From positions 70,924-134,923 of IMG/VR virus record IMGVR_UViG_3300028914_000062: a DNA stretch of 64,000 bases. One strand, 5' to 3'. Origin of the DNA: a virus. Taxonomy: Duplodnaviria > Caudoviricetes. Shown here piece by piece: positions 1 through 13,184 of the stretch; within the stretch, counting starts at the first letter, position 1, and each line of letters opens with the position of its first letter. Under the pieces are notes generated by a model, which saw only the letters and a program-made list of their open reading frames with translations, did not search any database and was not told the origin of the DNA. A program made the position numbers and the translations under genes.

Positions 1-3000
1 AGAAATCGCCCTCTTTGCGCCAATATAAAGCACCCGCTTTATCTACTGCGCTTTCGGTCATGTTCAAAAATTGACCCAAAGTAGTTAAAATTCTTACTTT
101 GTCGGCATTGTCACCGTTGGCCAGGTCCATAATAATAGTACCTAATCTCCAAGCGGCCAGTGCGTCCGCATCGGCTGTGTGTGCAGTACCGGCGAATAGT
201 CCTAAACGATGACCTATTGTTTCCAACTTTAAGTTTTCAAAAACCTTGCCTCCGAAAACATTATTAGTAAATGACCGTAACAAAGTGGACAAATTACCGT
301 TTAAAGTGGTTCCATTACCTAATGTTACAGATAGCTGAACATTTTGCGCCCAAACGTAAGTATCCTATAATACAGATTTACTAATATCTTCAGCAGTATT
401 ATAATTATGAAGATAATATCCGCCTTTGCTATCCTTGCCAAAAATTTTAAGTTTAGCAAAACGGTCCATTAAGGAATCTACTTGCTACGCTGTCCATCCC
501 TAATCGGTAATGGTCCTCATACGCACCAATGTTTTAAGTAAAAACGGCGCGTCAAATCCTGTTGGGCCAGCATTATGTCCAATTAGCATGTCAGTATCTG
601 GATTAAATTTTGCCTTTTCAAGCGCAGAAACAAATTGATCCAACGCATTAAAAACGGTGGTCAAGTTTTTAACCGGCTTACCCTTATAAAATAACTCTCC
701 ATTTGATTTCCATTCAAAGCCTGTGGCCTAAGCAGCGCCAGCCTAATTAGCTCTTGCACGATTCAAATAATTAGGATCAACATTAATTTTAATACGTTTA
801 CCATCTGGAAGCACAATACCCATCTAAAATAAAGCCGGAATAGATTTACCTTTTTGTCCTAAAAGACCAGATGTCTCAAAGTCAAAAGCGAATAACCTAC
901 GTTTACCAGCAATAGTATTACCAATATTCTTTCCTTTAATAGCGTATACACTATTAATCATATTGTCTATTTGCTCGTCAGATGCTGTTGTAAAATGCCT
1001 CTTTAATATACGTCGCACCGATGAAGAAGACAATTCTCCCGTTTTAAAACTTGCAAGAAAGTCATCTAATGACATTACTTCTAATTCATCAATAACCTCT
1101 GTAATAGTGTCTGGAGGAGGAGCTAATGAATATTCATCAGCAATTTTCTAAATACTTTCTCTGCTTGTTAAATCAAAATCATCAGGATCTTCTCCCATAA
1201 CCTCTAAAGACATGCTTACATAGTTTGCAAGGTCAGATAAATCATAAGAAGGGTCTAGCCAACGATCTGAATCGTAATCATCTGGATTATAATTTGCATC
1301 ATCTCTATCGGGTTCAGAAGTTGGTTTTTTCCTAGCTATTCCATAAGCTGCCGCAGACACTCTGGCAGCGTGCTACTCATCCATAGCAACCTCTTTAAAC
1401 ACTGTAAATATGTCTATTAGCTTATTATGAAACTCTTGAGAAAATGCGGACTCGCGTAGCAATTCTTGGCGTAACATAGTTAAATTTATTCCAACGTTTG
1501 CAAATTTAGCTTTACGAGTGGTGAATAAATTTTCTAAGGTAAGCCCTTTAAACTTATTATTGGTTAATTTGATAACTCTATTCAGAACATCTACAAAAAT
1601 CTTTTTATCATTATTGGGAATATTAGTATCAGATAATTTTTCTGCTAACTATTCAGCATCAAACAATCTTTCTTCGTTATCCCATAATGCTTTTTCTGCC
1701 GCTTTGTGCATTGCCACTTCACGCTCAAGATCGGTTAACTCATCTTCATTAGCTAATGTTATATTAAATGATTTATCTTTTATCATTTGATTATAATACT
1801 CATTCAATGAATCGGACACATTTTGTTTCTTAAAATCTGTAACAGAAGACGTTTCAAACTCATTGACAACAGACAGCGTTAATTGAGCATCTACCAATGT
1901 GATAGGTATCTGATTTAATATTTGCTATGCCGCCTCCACATCAGCCAATTTCAAAGTCGATAATCCTAAAGCTGCAGAAATTAAATTTTCTACATTATAA
2001 TTAGAGTTAGATTTGGGTAAATTTCCTAAAATATTTTCGAATTTTTGTTTAACAACTGCAAAATTATTTACATTATTAATTTTCCACGCCAATACCTTAG
2101 TCAACGCAGGCTTTAAAAGTTCGGTATTAAAAACTTCTCCCCGCGCCAGTAACTAAACTCTTTTTAGTAAATCTTGTTCTGCGCCCATATAAGAATTACG
2201 ATTGGCCGATATTATAGCGGGATGCAATTGGGTTTCGGTCAGTGCTTCCCCAAGTCGAGATATTCTTGAGGCTGCCTATCCAGATCCGCTGTCAGATAAT
2301 AAACGCTTTGAAACGGTTTTTACTGCATCTTTTAATGCGGCAATTTCTGTTCCACTTAGTTTAGGTAACTGCATTGCCAAAATAGAGTCAACGTCTTTGA
2401 GTCCCTTTAGTATCTAGGGGAGAGCATCATTATATACCTTACTATATAACTAATAATTATTTGCAATATTTAATAATAATTCATACGCCGTATCAGATAT
2501 ATAATCCTTGGCTAATGAATCAAACCCGCGAAAACCCGGTCCTGACCATCCCATATCATCCATAAATTGATTAATGAGTGTGTTTCGTGCTTCAAAATCA
2601 CGCAAATTAATCTACGAATAACCAATAACAAAAGTTTTAATTTTTTTCATTATCTCTAAAGACTAATGTGCACTTATTTGATTTTTAGTTTCCGCTGGAC
2701 GTTGATGATATAAAGTTCTGTGCTAATCATAAATTATACTGGAAAACGCATTAGAAACGGGTTCGGTTAAGGGTTTTCCATCTACCGTGGTCGGTTTAAT
2801 ATTTTTTAAAGCTTCAGTATAACCACGAATTCTTTCAAAAAGATACTTTAAATCTGCTAAAACTTTAGAATTATGAACATAGTCGGGCGTTGTTGCCACG
2901 ATTTTCTTTAATTTTCGTAGAGCTTCGTCTCTTTTTTTTATTAATCGAATTTCCGCAGCTGTAAAAACCCTTTTCTGCTCTAATACTTCTTCTTCTACTT

Positions 3001-6000
3001 GTGATTTCCTTGGCTTTTCCCAATTCCTACGTTGGGCACTCTAACGATATTTTGGAGGCAAATGATTGCCATAGTAAGTTTCAAAAGCGGACTCCATTTC
3101 GGCCACAAATATTTTACCCATACCATTAATTTTTCCTTCAGGTAACAATTCATCTATATCTTTAGTAGCGGTTTTTAAAAGTTTATCTCCAGACTAATGT
3201 CTAGTAATAGCAAGACCTATCCAACCATCATCTGTTGTTTCTCTGCCATCGAAATTAGTAGTCGTAGAATATAATTTACTAAATCCGCGCTCAGTCAAAA
3301 CAGCCATAATCGCTGTATAAATACTAGGATAATCTTCACAAATTGCAAACAAACGTTCCATAGCAAATTCCTGATCTGCTGCACTAATATTTACAGTAGA
3401 TCCATTTTTTAAAGTTGTTTGTCCAGTTAATGCCTATTGTAACCAAGATGCAGTACTTACATATCCCCAAGGGTTAATCTTATAATCTACTCCTTGTTTT
3501 TTGCCAGCATCATATAACCATTGCGATTTAATTTTATCCGCATTAACGTTTTTTATATTAGAAATTTTAGTAAACACAATTTCATCAACGGCATCATGAA
3601 ATCGAGTACCTATAGAACCATAAGCGCCGCCAATCCTCAAAACCCTTTGAGCCCACCTGGTTATAGCGCCACTATTTCTTATATCAGATAAATCCATAGA
3701 ATTAAACAATGACTGTGCATACGCATCGGCTTTATCAGGCCCCTAAGTTTTATAAATAGATTTATAAACCGTAAAAATTTCATTAACTGAATTATTTCCG
3801 GTTAATAGTTCGGCCTAATCAACACGCATCCATTTGTCGCCCTATTTATAATAGGTCGCTGATCCATCTTCTGTATATCGATCTTCAGCTCTACCATAAA
3901 AAGTAAAATATTTTTGACCAGGATATTTCTTACGCATTAATTCCAATCTGGCTATTGTATAAAAAGTTTTACGATCTCCTGTTGGATCGAACCCCTAAGA
4001 TTTTACAACTTGTTCACGTTCGCCTCGAATTGATACTTCAGACCCAAACGGATTAATATCTGTCTGTTTATTTTCCGCAGCGTCTTTAATCAACTAAACG
4101 GCTTCGCGATCTGAAATATTTCGCACACTAATAGGGTGGAAAAAAGTGTCTTGTCGTCCAAATGGTACAACTTCTGCTCTAATATCGGCTCCACTAAAAT
4201 GAGGGTCGTGGCGTAATATCGCGGCCTGCATTGCGACCTCAAGACCACCATACAAACCACCATTTTTATATTCTTTACCAGATTTAAAATCTCGAATTTC
4301 ATAAAACACCTTACCGGTTTTTATATCTCTAATTTTATACAATCCATCAATCGTAGCAGATCCCCAAATTGGGTTTTTATGCGTACCAAAATTGGCATAA
4401 ATCTCTTTTTCACTAAAAATTTTTTCTACCTTAAATCTATTAGACGGATATTTGGCATTATAATATTGCTACGCATTTATAATTTTTTGAGTACCAACAA
4501 AATTGCCAAATTGATTAAAAAAATGAGTTCCATATTTCTACAATACTAAATTATTAGAAGTATATAATCCCATTTCAGACAGTTCTTCATCAGTAATTTT
4601 ATGTGCCTTCCAAGCGGTCTCAATATCTTTTATAGATAAATTAGAGATTTTATTGGCTTCATAAAGTTCCAAAAGTTTATGGAAGGCCGTACCATATGCG
4701 ACAGCTCCATTATTGCCCGTTCCAGAATAAGTAGAACCAGATGTAATTTTACCAACATAAGAAGCCGATATCACATGCGATTTGGGACTTAAATCAACCT
4801 TCCACTACTAAGTTTTGTTATCAAAAACTGCAGTAAAAGATTCGTGCTATGTTTTTAAAAATTTTACCATAGCGATCTTTTGCTATGCTTTATTTTTAAT
4901 GGATAAAATATCTTCGGGAATATAGCCTTTAGCATTAACAAAAGTAATGTTTCCTGCCTAATAATTGTTTAAAAAATCAGAACCATTTAAACGAAAAACT
5001 CGTTCTTTGTTTCTATGCGCCAACTCTTGTCTACGGCGATTTTTTACTTCATTGGGGTTCCATTTCTCCCATTGTAAAAAACCGCGATTTGATTTAGAGC
5101 GCCAATTTGGGTTATTTTTATTATCAGAAGTCCACTAGAAAAATTCGCTAACTGGTCTACCAGGAAATTTCTTTATCCACGCAAGCAATAATTTACCCTC
5201 TGGTCTATTTAAATATCCTGACTCTTTTAGTTTATGATAATCAGTATCATTTAACCAATCATTAAAACCGCGTTTTGTTTGGTTTTTCCAATATGACTCT
5301 GTGGTAATATCTCTTCTCCATGCAATAAACTCACTCACAGGATGGCCGGGAAATTTTTTCATCCACGCCTTAAGAAGTTGACCCTTTGGGCCACCCAACT
5401 TACGACTTTCTGGAGAAGGCTTATATTGAATATTACCAATCGAAGTCTCTCCAGCAACATAAGGCTTAGACGGAGAAGGAACACCGCGAGCGCCAAACTG
5501 AGAGGCTTGTGCCTGGCGACGATTTTCTTGTGTACGTTTAATATTCGCCAATATTGGTCTTCCCTCTTCGTATTCTATGTCCATTAATCTGAAATTAGCG
5601 TCTTCCTCGTCAAACTTGCCGTCAATAATAGAACGTGTAAAATAATTAATTACCTATTCTTTCGTAAAATGACATGTTTTAAATAAATAATCTGAGTCCT
5701 AAGAGGGTATTTTTTTAATATATTTTTCAATATCTCCTCGTCTAGCTTGGATATCTTCACATGCCATACGAGCCGACTTATTGAAATCTTTTAACCATAT
5801 TTCATAATTTTTAAGCGTCAAAGCTCCACTATGCCAATTTTTAGCCCATGTAGGCTAAGGTGCGCCCAACTATGGGGTAGTTGCACTATAAGTCGAATAA
5901 ACAGGAGAATCTATATTAGTCCATTCATGCTCGGTCCAAACTCCCCATTGAGAAATAGAATTAAATACCTCCACCCACTACTTTAATTCTTGAATATTCT

Positions 6001-6385
6001 TTGTACAAAACTTATTAATTTCGTTAATATCTATAGAGCCATAAGATAATATAGCAGATTGATATTGATCAATAGTCTAATTTAACTTAGGAATAATAGA
6101 GCTAATAATGCCCGGTCCTTCTTCTAATAGTATTTTTGCCTTATAACGCCCCGCAGCATTCCATTTCGTCATAGCTAAATCAACACGTTCTTCATATTTG
6201 GCGATTAAAGCATCTTTTTGTTCTTTGGTTAATTTAGAATATGCGCGAGTCTACTGATTTAACTACTGAGCCTCATCCTCCAAATCAAACGGTACAGATG
6301 AATCGATTTTTTGTGCAAGTTGAGCCTACATTTGCACGCGTTCTCGACGACGTTTTCTTGCCCATCTACTTGACGATTTGCTCAT
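1..6385 (-). CDS. Giant (>2100 aa, 3'-truncated) protein at the tape-measure position, with PD-(D/E)XK nuclease and DEDDh exonuclease domains (code 15)
   Basis: ATG at 6385 with a GAGGAG RBS. Track fragments 5135-5584, 4538-4774, 4094-4342, 3434-3709, 1649-1897, 1148-1360 and 824-1075 share one frame and each ends at TAG. Motifs: GTAFHKLLE..E..GSATIDG..IRDFKSGK..Q (~4100-4780) and AFDFETSG..GHN...FD..HTADAD (~130-900). Frame was spot-checked, not checked codon by codon throughout. Confidence 0.8.
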
Positions 6386-6422
6386 AGGTCTCCTCCTCTC
6401 CCATTTATTTTAATATCAAAAA

Positions 6423-7031
6423 TTATTTCTCTTCTTTTTCTTCTTTCTTCTCAAACATCTTCTCTGTTGCCTTCGCAAGCGGATCGATGCCATTAAGAAG
6501 CATACCAAGTCTCTCAAGATCCTCAGTCTTCATTTTCTCCTGGAATTCCTGAAGGCTCTTAGTCATCTCATCGATCTTCGCCGGATCAATCTTGTCAAGT
6601 TGATCGCGGTTACTTAAAATAACATTCCAGTTAATCGCATTCGCATAAATTTCTTTAAGTTTCGCATAGTCCTTCGCACAAACCTTCTCAATATCATCAA
6701 GAAGGCCTGTGGGCTCCAGGAAATCTATAATATCAACCGTATTAAACATTTCAACAAGATCATTCTCAATATTGGTGTATAATTCAATCAAGCCAAATAC
6801 CTCAATATTGGCGAGTTGTTCGAGGCCTAAAATTATAATATCATTATCAGTACTAAATCTCATAATCGCTTTCACAAGCGCCACGTTCTTATCCTTAACA
6901 GGAGCATACTCTCTGACAATCAGACGTCTTTTAATATTCGCCAGAGCATCGGCGTGCTCACCATTCTAGTCATCATCAAGCTGCATTGCATGCAGCATAA
7001 TTTCGCTAAGTTGTATATTCTTTTCTAACAT
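6423..7031 (-). CDS. Hypothetical protein, possible tail assembly chaperone (202 aa, code 15)
   Basis: ATG 7031 with AAGGAG RBS; one in-frame TAG (6966-6968) joins it to track ORF 6423-6884. Confidence 0.7.
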
Positions 7032-7054
7032 AATAAAAGTCTCCTTTCATATCC

Positions 7055-8038
7055 TTAAAAATCAAACTTATCTTTTTGCTACTGAAGCATCTTCGGATCA
7101 ACCTTAATATAATGCTTCTGCGTAACATCCAAACCTTTGTGATTCAAAAGTTTAGATATATCTTCCAATTCCATACCCAAATTCTTAAGCAGTGTAGCAC
7201 CACTATGTCTAAAATCATGCGGGTGGAGTGTGGACACACCAATCAAATTGCCAATAATACGCGCCCACAGGAACATAACGGAGGCGTCAGTAATGCCGCC
7301 GCTTTTTGTTACAAATAATAGTCCATTGTCCTCAATCTGCATTTCGGATCGAAACGCCTTGAGTTTTTCTAGAAGCTCTTTAACCTCGTTGGAAAAATAC
7401 AATGAAACAATATATCCTTCTTTCTCAACAACGTCATTAATAACGCGCCCCTCCAAATCGATCTGGTCCCATTTAATAGAACTAACTGCACTGGCGCGGG
7501 CCATCGTTGATAAAGATAACATACCATAAACCCAGACTTCAAGAGCCAAATGTCTTGCAGTCACACCAACAGCCGTCTCAAAATTCTCTGCAAGCTTCTC
7601 TCTCATCAAAGTCACTTGTTCCGGCGTCAGGTAGGTCTGCACTACAATATCGGTATCCTTCTGCGGACGACTCACATCCTCCATCGGATTTACAGTAATA
7701 ATTTTCTTCTTTCGTAAAAACTTATAGAAAGCTGCGAGAGAGCTAATGCGTCTCTTAAGGCGACGGGAATTATTCCCTTGCTCTTTACAGAAATAAAGAA
7801 AATCAGTAATGTCGTCCTCATCCAGGTCCGTAACACAGCGATTCTACTGCTCGTCCAAAATATAAATCCACCACTACCGTAGATCGCTATAATACTGGTA
7901 GATCGTATCTTCTGACAGTTCACGTAGCTTCATATCTTTTTCATATTTCTTCCATAGCTACAAAGTTTCTGCGTTTACTTTTGCGAGCTTTTCTGCATCA
8001 AACAGTTCAATCCGCTCGCTTCGAGTTCCGATCGGCAT
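7055..8038 (-). CDS. Tyrosine recombinase, XerC/D-like (327 aa, code 15)
   Basis: Catalytic R (MARAS), HxxR (HPHDFRHS), H and Y (LLNHKGLDVTQKHY). N-terminal domain restored across 3 TAGs; C-terminus reads through TAG 7079 to TAA 7055. Confidence 0.9.
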
Positions 8039-8729
8039 AAGTCTCTCCCCTTTCTTTCATGTTTTGTAATAGTTTAATTTGATTTTGGACCCTCTACTTG
8101 GCAGCCGCTGCCTTCAGGGTCTTATCCTTTTTGGTAAGCGCCTTGATTTCTTCCTCAAGGTCTTGCTGCTCCTTTCTCATAAACAGGGTGATCCACAAAG
8201 CGGCAGCATCCGAAATATCCAACGTCATATTCTTCGGGATCACGTGATGACCATAATGCGAAGAAACCCAAGACTGTATATCTAGTTTCTCTGGGTGCTC
8301 CACTCCGGTCAATTTTTTAAACAGGGCTTTTACACTCACTGAGTGTATTCCGTATCCATAATAATCCAGTCCCAATTGATCTACAACGAGATCGAGGACT
8401 GCATGAGCTTTTGCCAATCCTTGTAGAGTCGCTATAGTAGAGAATTTACTCTACTGCGGCATCATTTCCCTTAATACAAAAACATCCTTTTGAAGATCAG
8501 TGATCTTAGTTGAGCCTTCATTTTTCTGAATTATATCAAATAAAAGGTTGATTTTATTGTATAAATCCAAAACCGGAGTCTCACTCTTTGGGGATACGGA
8601 AATTTGGTAGTAAGATACAAGTCTATCTTGGTGCACATCGATTACGGCTACGCCTGTTTCATATTTAGCCAAATCGAACGCAACGCAATATTTGTAATCA
8701 TAAATGCTTTTCTTCAACTGAAAGTTCAA
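8007..8729 (-). CDS. RuvC-like Holliday junction resolvase (code 15)
   Basis: AFDLAKYETGVAV, VLRE and DISDAAA acidic motifs; fragments 8451-8729 and 8094-8417 are in frame and joined at TAG; next true stop is TGA 8007. Confidence 0.75.
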
Positions 8730-8772
8730 CTAAAAGCACACTCCTTTCTTCCATTTTAACCTTTAATAAAAC

Positions 8773-8801
8773 AATTGGGAGAGACTTTCGTCTCTCCCAA
8801 T
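8773..8801 (-). terminator. Intrinsic terminator
   Basis: ATTGGGAGAGAC/GTCTCTCCCAAT stem followed by a T-rich tail on the minus strand. Confidence 0.7.
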
Positions 8802-8804
8802 CCG

Positions 8805-9086
8805 TCACTCGGAAATCTCTTTCTTAAGCTCGTCTTCATCGGCGACCATATAAGCCCTCTGTTCGGGGACCGAAGCTTTTTCGGTATCCTCAACGGTGGC
8901 CGTAGTGGTCTTCTTTTTCCTTTTTGTACGAGCTTTAGTCGCAACTTCCTTGTCTTGAGAGATAGTCTCAATTTCTTGTTTGTCCTCCACGGGAAGGACG
9001 AATTCCTCTTGCTTGTGCGCTATTTGCCATTTCTTTTTGCGCTCTAATAAATCTTTTAGAGTAACTCTTTTATTGACCAGAGCCAT
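8805..9086 (-). CDS. Hypothetical protein (93 aa)
   Basis: ORF overlapping the holin stop; ends TGA. Confidence 0.6.
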   Translation of the reverse strand: MALVNKRVTLKDLLERKKKWQIAHKQEEFVLPVEDKQEIETISQDKEVATKARTKRKKKTTTATVEDTEKASVPEQRAYMVADEDELKKEISE

Positions 9087-9456
9087 CTAAATCCTCGGTC
9101 TCTACATGCTCGGCCAAAGGCTCTGCAAGTAATTTTTGTTCCTGCATATTATTCGAGAAACTAATTATCTCGTCAATATATGCGCTGACTTGAGTAAGGT
9201 CAACATTGCTAATTCCAATACTTTTACAGAATTGGGTTACCATGTCTATAACCATTTGTTTCTTATCTGCTCCCGAAAGGCCGGTCGCTTCAGCAACCTG
9301 AGCGGCATCTCTAATGGCATCAAGAATTTTAAGCCAGTTTTTGTCTTCTTTAATAGTTTTAAAAGATTTATAAAGATTAATTGCAAGAGTTAAAATAGTG
9401 GCCAATGCAGTACAGCCACTAACGATTAGGCCTATTATGGCCTCAACAGTATCCAT
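9070..9456 (-). CDS. Holin, LL-H-like (128 aa)
   Basis: N-terminal hydrophobic helix followed by AQVAEATG.SGADKKQMV pattern. Confidence 0.65.
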   Translation of the reverse strand: MDTVEAIIGLIVSGCTALATILTLAINLYKSFKTIKEDKNWLKILDAIRDAAQVAEATGLSGADKKQMVIDMVTQFCKSIGISNVDLTQVSAYIDEIISFSNNMQEQKLLAEPLAEHVETEDLDGSGQ

Positions 9457-9486
9457 ATTATTGGCCCCTTTCTTATATTAAGATAT

Positions 9487-9518
9487 AATCAGGAGAGAAA
9501 ACAATTCTCTCCTGAATA
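9487..9518 (-). terminator. Intrinsic terminator-like hairpin
   Basis: TCAGGAGAGAA/TTCTCTCCTGA inverted repeat after tail gene. Confidence 0.55.
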
Positions 9519-9522
9519 TAAA

Positions 9523-10905
9523 TTATGCCAATACCAAAGTGGTTATACCACAATGTTCTACTTTATTATTCTCGTCAAGTGTTACAACTACACAAGCATA
9601 TCCCGGAGCTCCACCTGTAGCCGGCAGTAAAAAGCCACCCCCAGCAAGTGTTGCGCTATTCCAATTACCAGAAAGAGTGTCTCCTATAGCGGGAATTGCA
9701 ACACTGACTCCTGTTTTATAATAAACAGTACCTTGAAGAACGGGCGAAATTGTAACTATCCAATCTTGTCCGTTTTTCCGATTAGTTACGGCTAAGTCAC
9801 CTATAGACTCTCCAAATGTAGTTGTTAAATTACTATATCCGGTACTATAAGTTAAAGTATAAGCGGCAGCATTGCCAAAATGCACTATACCATTTATGCA
9901 ATAAGTGGTAGTATAACCATATGGAGAATCCGAGGTAATTTGTGTATTAATTGCTGTCATTCCAGGCGGAGTGGGGTCTCCTCCGTTAGCATGAACTAAT
10001 ACTGCTACGGTTCCATTATCATAAATACCATATAAAGGAGCATTCGTGCCCTTCACATATCCTGTAGCAGCATCTACGATAATTCCCACAAGCCCTTCAT
10101 TAAGAGTTCGTCCCTTAACAGTTTCAATAACGCGGACTAATTGTCCATTAATCATATCGCATCCACTGAAGTCTGCAAGAGCAGTGCCCGACAATTCCAT
10201 TGTTGTATTGGAACTCATATTAAACGTAAAATTTTGCGCTCCATTAAGCTTAAACCTAGGAATTTCAAACGTCAACGTACCGGCAAATTTCCCATTTGCA
10301 GTAGCACAAGCGTCCCCAGAAAAAATAGGAGCGGTAATAATCAAATACAACTCTTCTGGAATAATATTAGAAGTAATAATAGCATCCCTAGCTTGCTCAT
10401 CGGTAGCAAGATAACGAATGCAATATTCGTCATCATTGGTAGAACCAGGAATCGTTACTTCGGCCGATTCAACTACCAAGGTGTTCCACACCTCGGAACC
10501 GGATCTGGAATACCAAATGATCTTATCATTATCAGTATCGCAAGCAACTTGCAAAGCAAGGGGATTTTTACTCAGAACAATTTTCCCAGTGATTTTATCG
10601 CCCACTTTAAGAGTTTCGCTCTGATATGCTGTTATATCCGCACCTGTCTAAAACATAGCCCCAAGTTGCGCCTCCAGATAAGACTCTTTCCAGAAGATAT
10701 CTGTTAATGTAATTTCTACATTAGGATCATGATAAAAATTCGTAACAATGGGAGCACCTGTGCCTCCACGAAGATCGTCTTTAGTTGTAGAAATATTAAT
10801 AGAAGAATCTGTTAATGTTTTACACACAAAAGCAAGTTGACGACCAACGGCCGTATTACGAAAAGCTTCTGCGCTACCTACTGATCCAAGAAAATATTTG
10901 GACAT
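9523..10905 (-). CDS. Major tail (tube)-like protein, paralog 2 (460 aa, code 15)
   Basis: 10648-10905 and 9523-10605 are in frame and joined at TAG 10648; strongly similar to 11092-12219. Confidence 0.75.
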
Positions 10906-10920
10906 ATGTTACCCCCTCCT

Positions 10921-11088
10921 TTACTTGTTATTATTTTGATACTGCGGGCATTTCTGCCCGCAGTTATGTTCTTTGAAACACCGATCTTTAAAGCAGTATT
11001 TTTGACAAATACACACTTCTTGAGATAATGTGCATGTATAGCCTTGGCCTGGAATATAATGGCTATATACACAATTGTGATTACTCAT
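10921..11088 (-). CDS. Small Cys-rich protein (55 aa, 8 Cys)
   Basis: MSNHNCVYSHYIPGQGYTCTLSQEVCICQKYCFKDRCFKEHNCGQKCPQYQNNNK; fills the gap between the tail paralogs; below the track length cutoff. Confidence 0.6.
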   Translation of the reverse strand: MSNHNCVYSHYIPGQGYTCTLSQEVCICQKYCFKDRCFKEHNCGQKCPQYQNNNK

Positions 11089-11091
11089 AAA

Positions 11092-12219
11092 TTATGATGC
11101 GCTAACAGTTGTTACAGAGCAGGCGAAAGAGGGCGAGCCCTGATCGCCGTTCGGATAAAAAGTAAAGGCCTGAGCGCCCGCGGTGGAGCTAAAGGTAACG
11201 GTACCATTAGATTTATCATAACTTGCTCCAGAGGGAATACTTATGTAATTTGGATTGGCGTTAGCACTAGCTGTGCTATTTGCCCACTTTAAGAGAGCTC
11301 TTTCACCATTTTCATATATGGTATAAATGTTTGCCGTAGCAGCAGGTGCATAACCATTACCCTTATCGATCATAATTTTCAAAATACCGACGTTTGGAGT
11401 TCTACCATCAATACTTTCGATAATACGAACAAGCTGACCATTAATCATATCACAGCCACTAAAGTCGGCAAGAGCAGTACCAGAAAGTTCCATAGTAGTA
11501 TTAGAACTCATGTTAAACGAGAAGTTCTGGGCACCATTGAGCTTAAATCTCGGGATCTCAAAAGTAAGAGAGCCGGCGAGTTTACCATTAGAGGTAGAAC
11601 AAGAATCGCCAAAGAATATAGGAGTTGTGATAATCAGGAAAAGTTCAGCAGGAATTATATTAGAAGTAATAGTTGCCTCTCTCGCTTGCTCATCGGTAGC
11701 AAGATAACGAACGCAATAGGTACCAGATTCGGGAACTGTTACGGTTTGCGACAATTCGGTAACCTAAGCAGTATGCCATGCGTCGGAACCCTCTTTTGAA
11801 AACCAAACCGTGGCTTTTTCTTCTGTATCACAAGCAACAGGCAATACAAGGGGCTGTTTAGTTAAGGTAATCTGATAATGACTGTCAACCTGCGAAGCCG
11901 TTAAAGCATGAGGCTCGGTAAAATAATTCGCAATTTCAGCACCGGCCTGGAACATAGCACCAAGCTGAGATTCAAGATAAGACTCTTTCCAGAATATATC
12001 GGTAAGAGTTATTTCAACGTTAGGATCGTGATAGAAATTGGTTACTATAGGAGCACCAGTGCCGCCACGAAGATCGTCTTTGGTCGTCGAGATGTTAATC
12101 GAAGAGTCGGTCAGGGTTTTGCAAACAAAAGCTAACTCCTTACGAGTTGTGCCATCGCCATTGTCTATGGTTCTGAAAGCTTCGGCACTACCGACCGAAC
12201 CAAGAAAATATTTGGACAT
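11092..12219 (-). CDS. Major tail (tube)-like protein, paralog 1 (375 aa, code 15)
   Basis: Fragments joined at TAG 11764; position in tail module; beta-rich. Confidence 0.75.
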
Positions 12220-12251
12220 AGTATTCTTCCTTTCATAAAATTAGTATTTTA

Positions 12252-13184
12252 TTAAATATGGGAGAGTTGTTGTTTCATGTCGTCAAGCGACATCGATGAA
12301 CCATACATATCCTCTTCCTTTTTATAAATCCAATGTGGGAGCGGCTCTTTCGAAGAAACAAAGCCACTCATTCGTCCTTGTAGGGCAGCTTCATACACAA
12401 GTTTATCATCTATTGCACCGAATAACATCAAATACTTCCGCATCGGCATTTTAAAGATTTCATCAATCTTATAATTGGTTGCCAATGATGTACACACAAT
12501 CTTTCTTTCCAAAGATGCTTCGCCATTTTTACGCGATTTTAGTCGAGCTTTTTCCTCTTGGTCCTTTTTCAGGGCTGGGTCTACCCAAGAATCATCACGA
12601 TAATCGGGCAGATTTTGAAAAAGTAAACTCTATCGCATAAAGCGATAATCTTTAAAGGTAATTGCGTGCTAATCAACGATAATATTTTTATTAGATGTTT
12701 TTTCATCAGTGACGTAATGAATCATTTCGTGCAATTCTTTTCCTTTACAATCAGGACAGCGGACAATATCGTCCTCATCTCTTGGCTGTGAGAAGATCTC
12801 CTCATAAGAGAACACCTTATTACAAGCGCGACATTTCACACCATTGGTAATGTGAAACACCAATTCCAAAAGACGAGAGAACTTCAATGTCCAATATAAG
12901 CCCTCCTGCGGATCGGTCAACTTCGTGATTAAAAAATCAAGATCGGTCATACCGATACCTTCAATCGTTGTGCGTCGATCAAGAGTTAAAAGCGGGACGG
13001 CCCCCATAAAATCATTATAATCCTTTGTTAACACAGGGTACATTAAGAGCCCTGTTTCTCTAAGTGGAATCGGAAGGTCGAAAGTATTATATACTTCATC
13101 ATTATACATCAATTCCGACGCAAACTCTTCCGGTTCTCCTTTAAATCGTAAAGGGAGCGACTTATCAGTAGCCAAAAGCAGCAC
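12252..13184 (-). CDS. Putative tail assembly protein with a CxxC..CxxC zinc ribbon (code 15)
   Basis: 12669-13184 and 12252-12512 are in frame across 2 TAGs. Confidence 0.65.
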
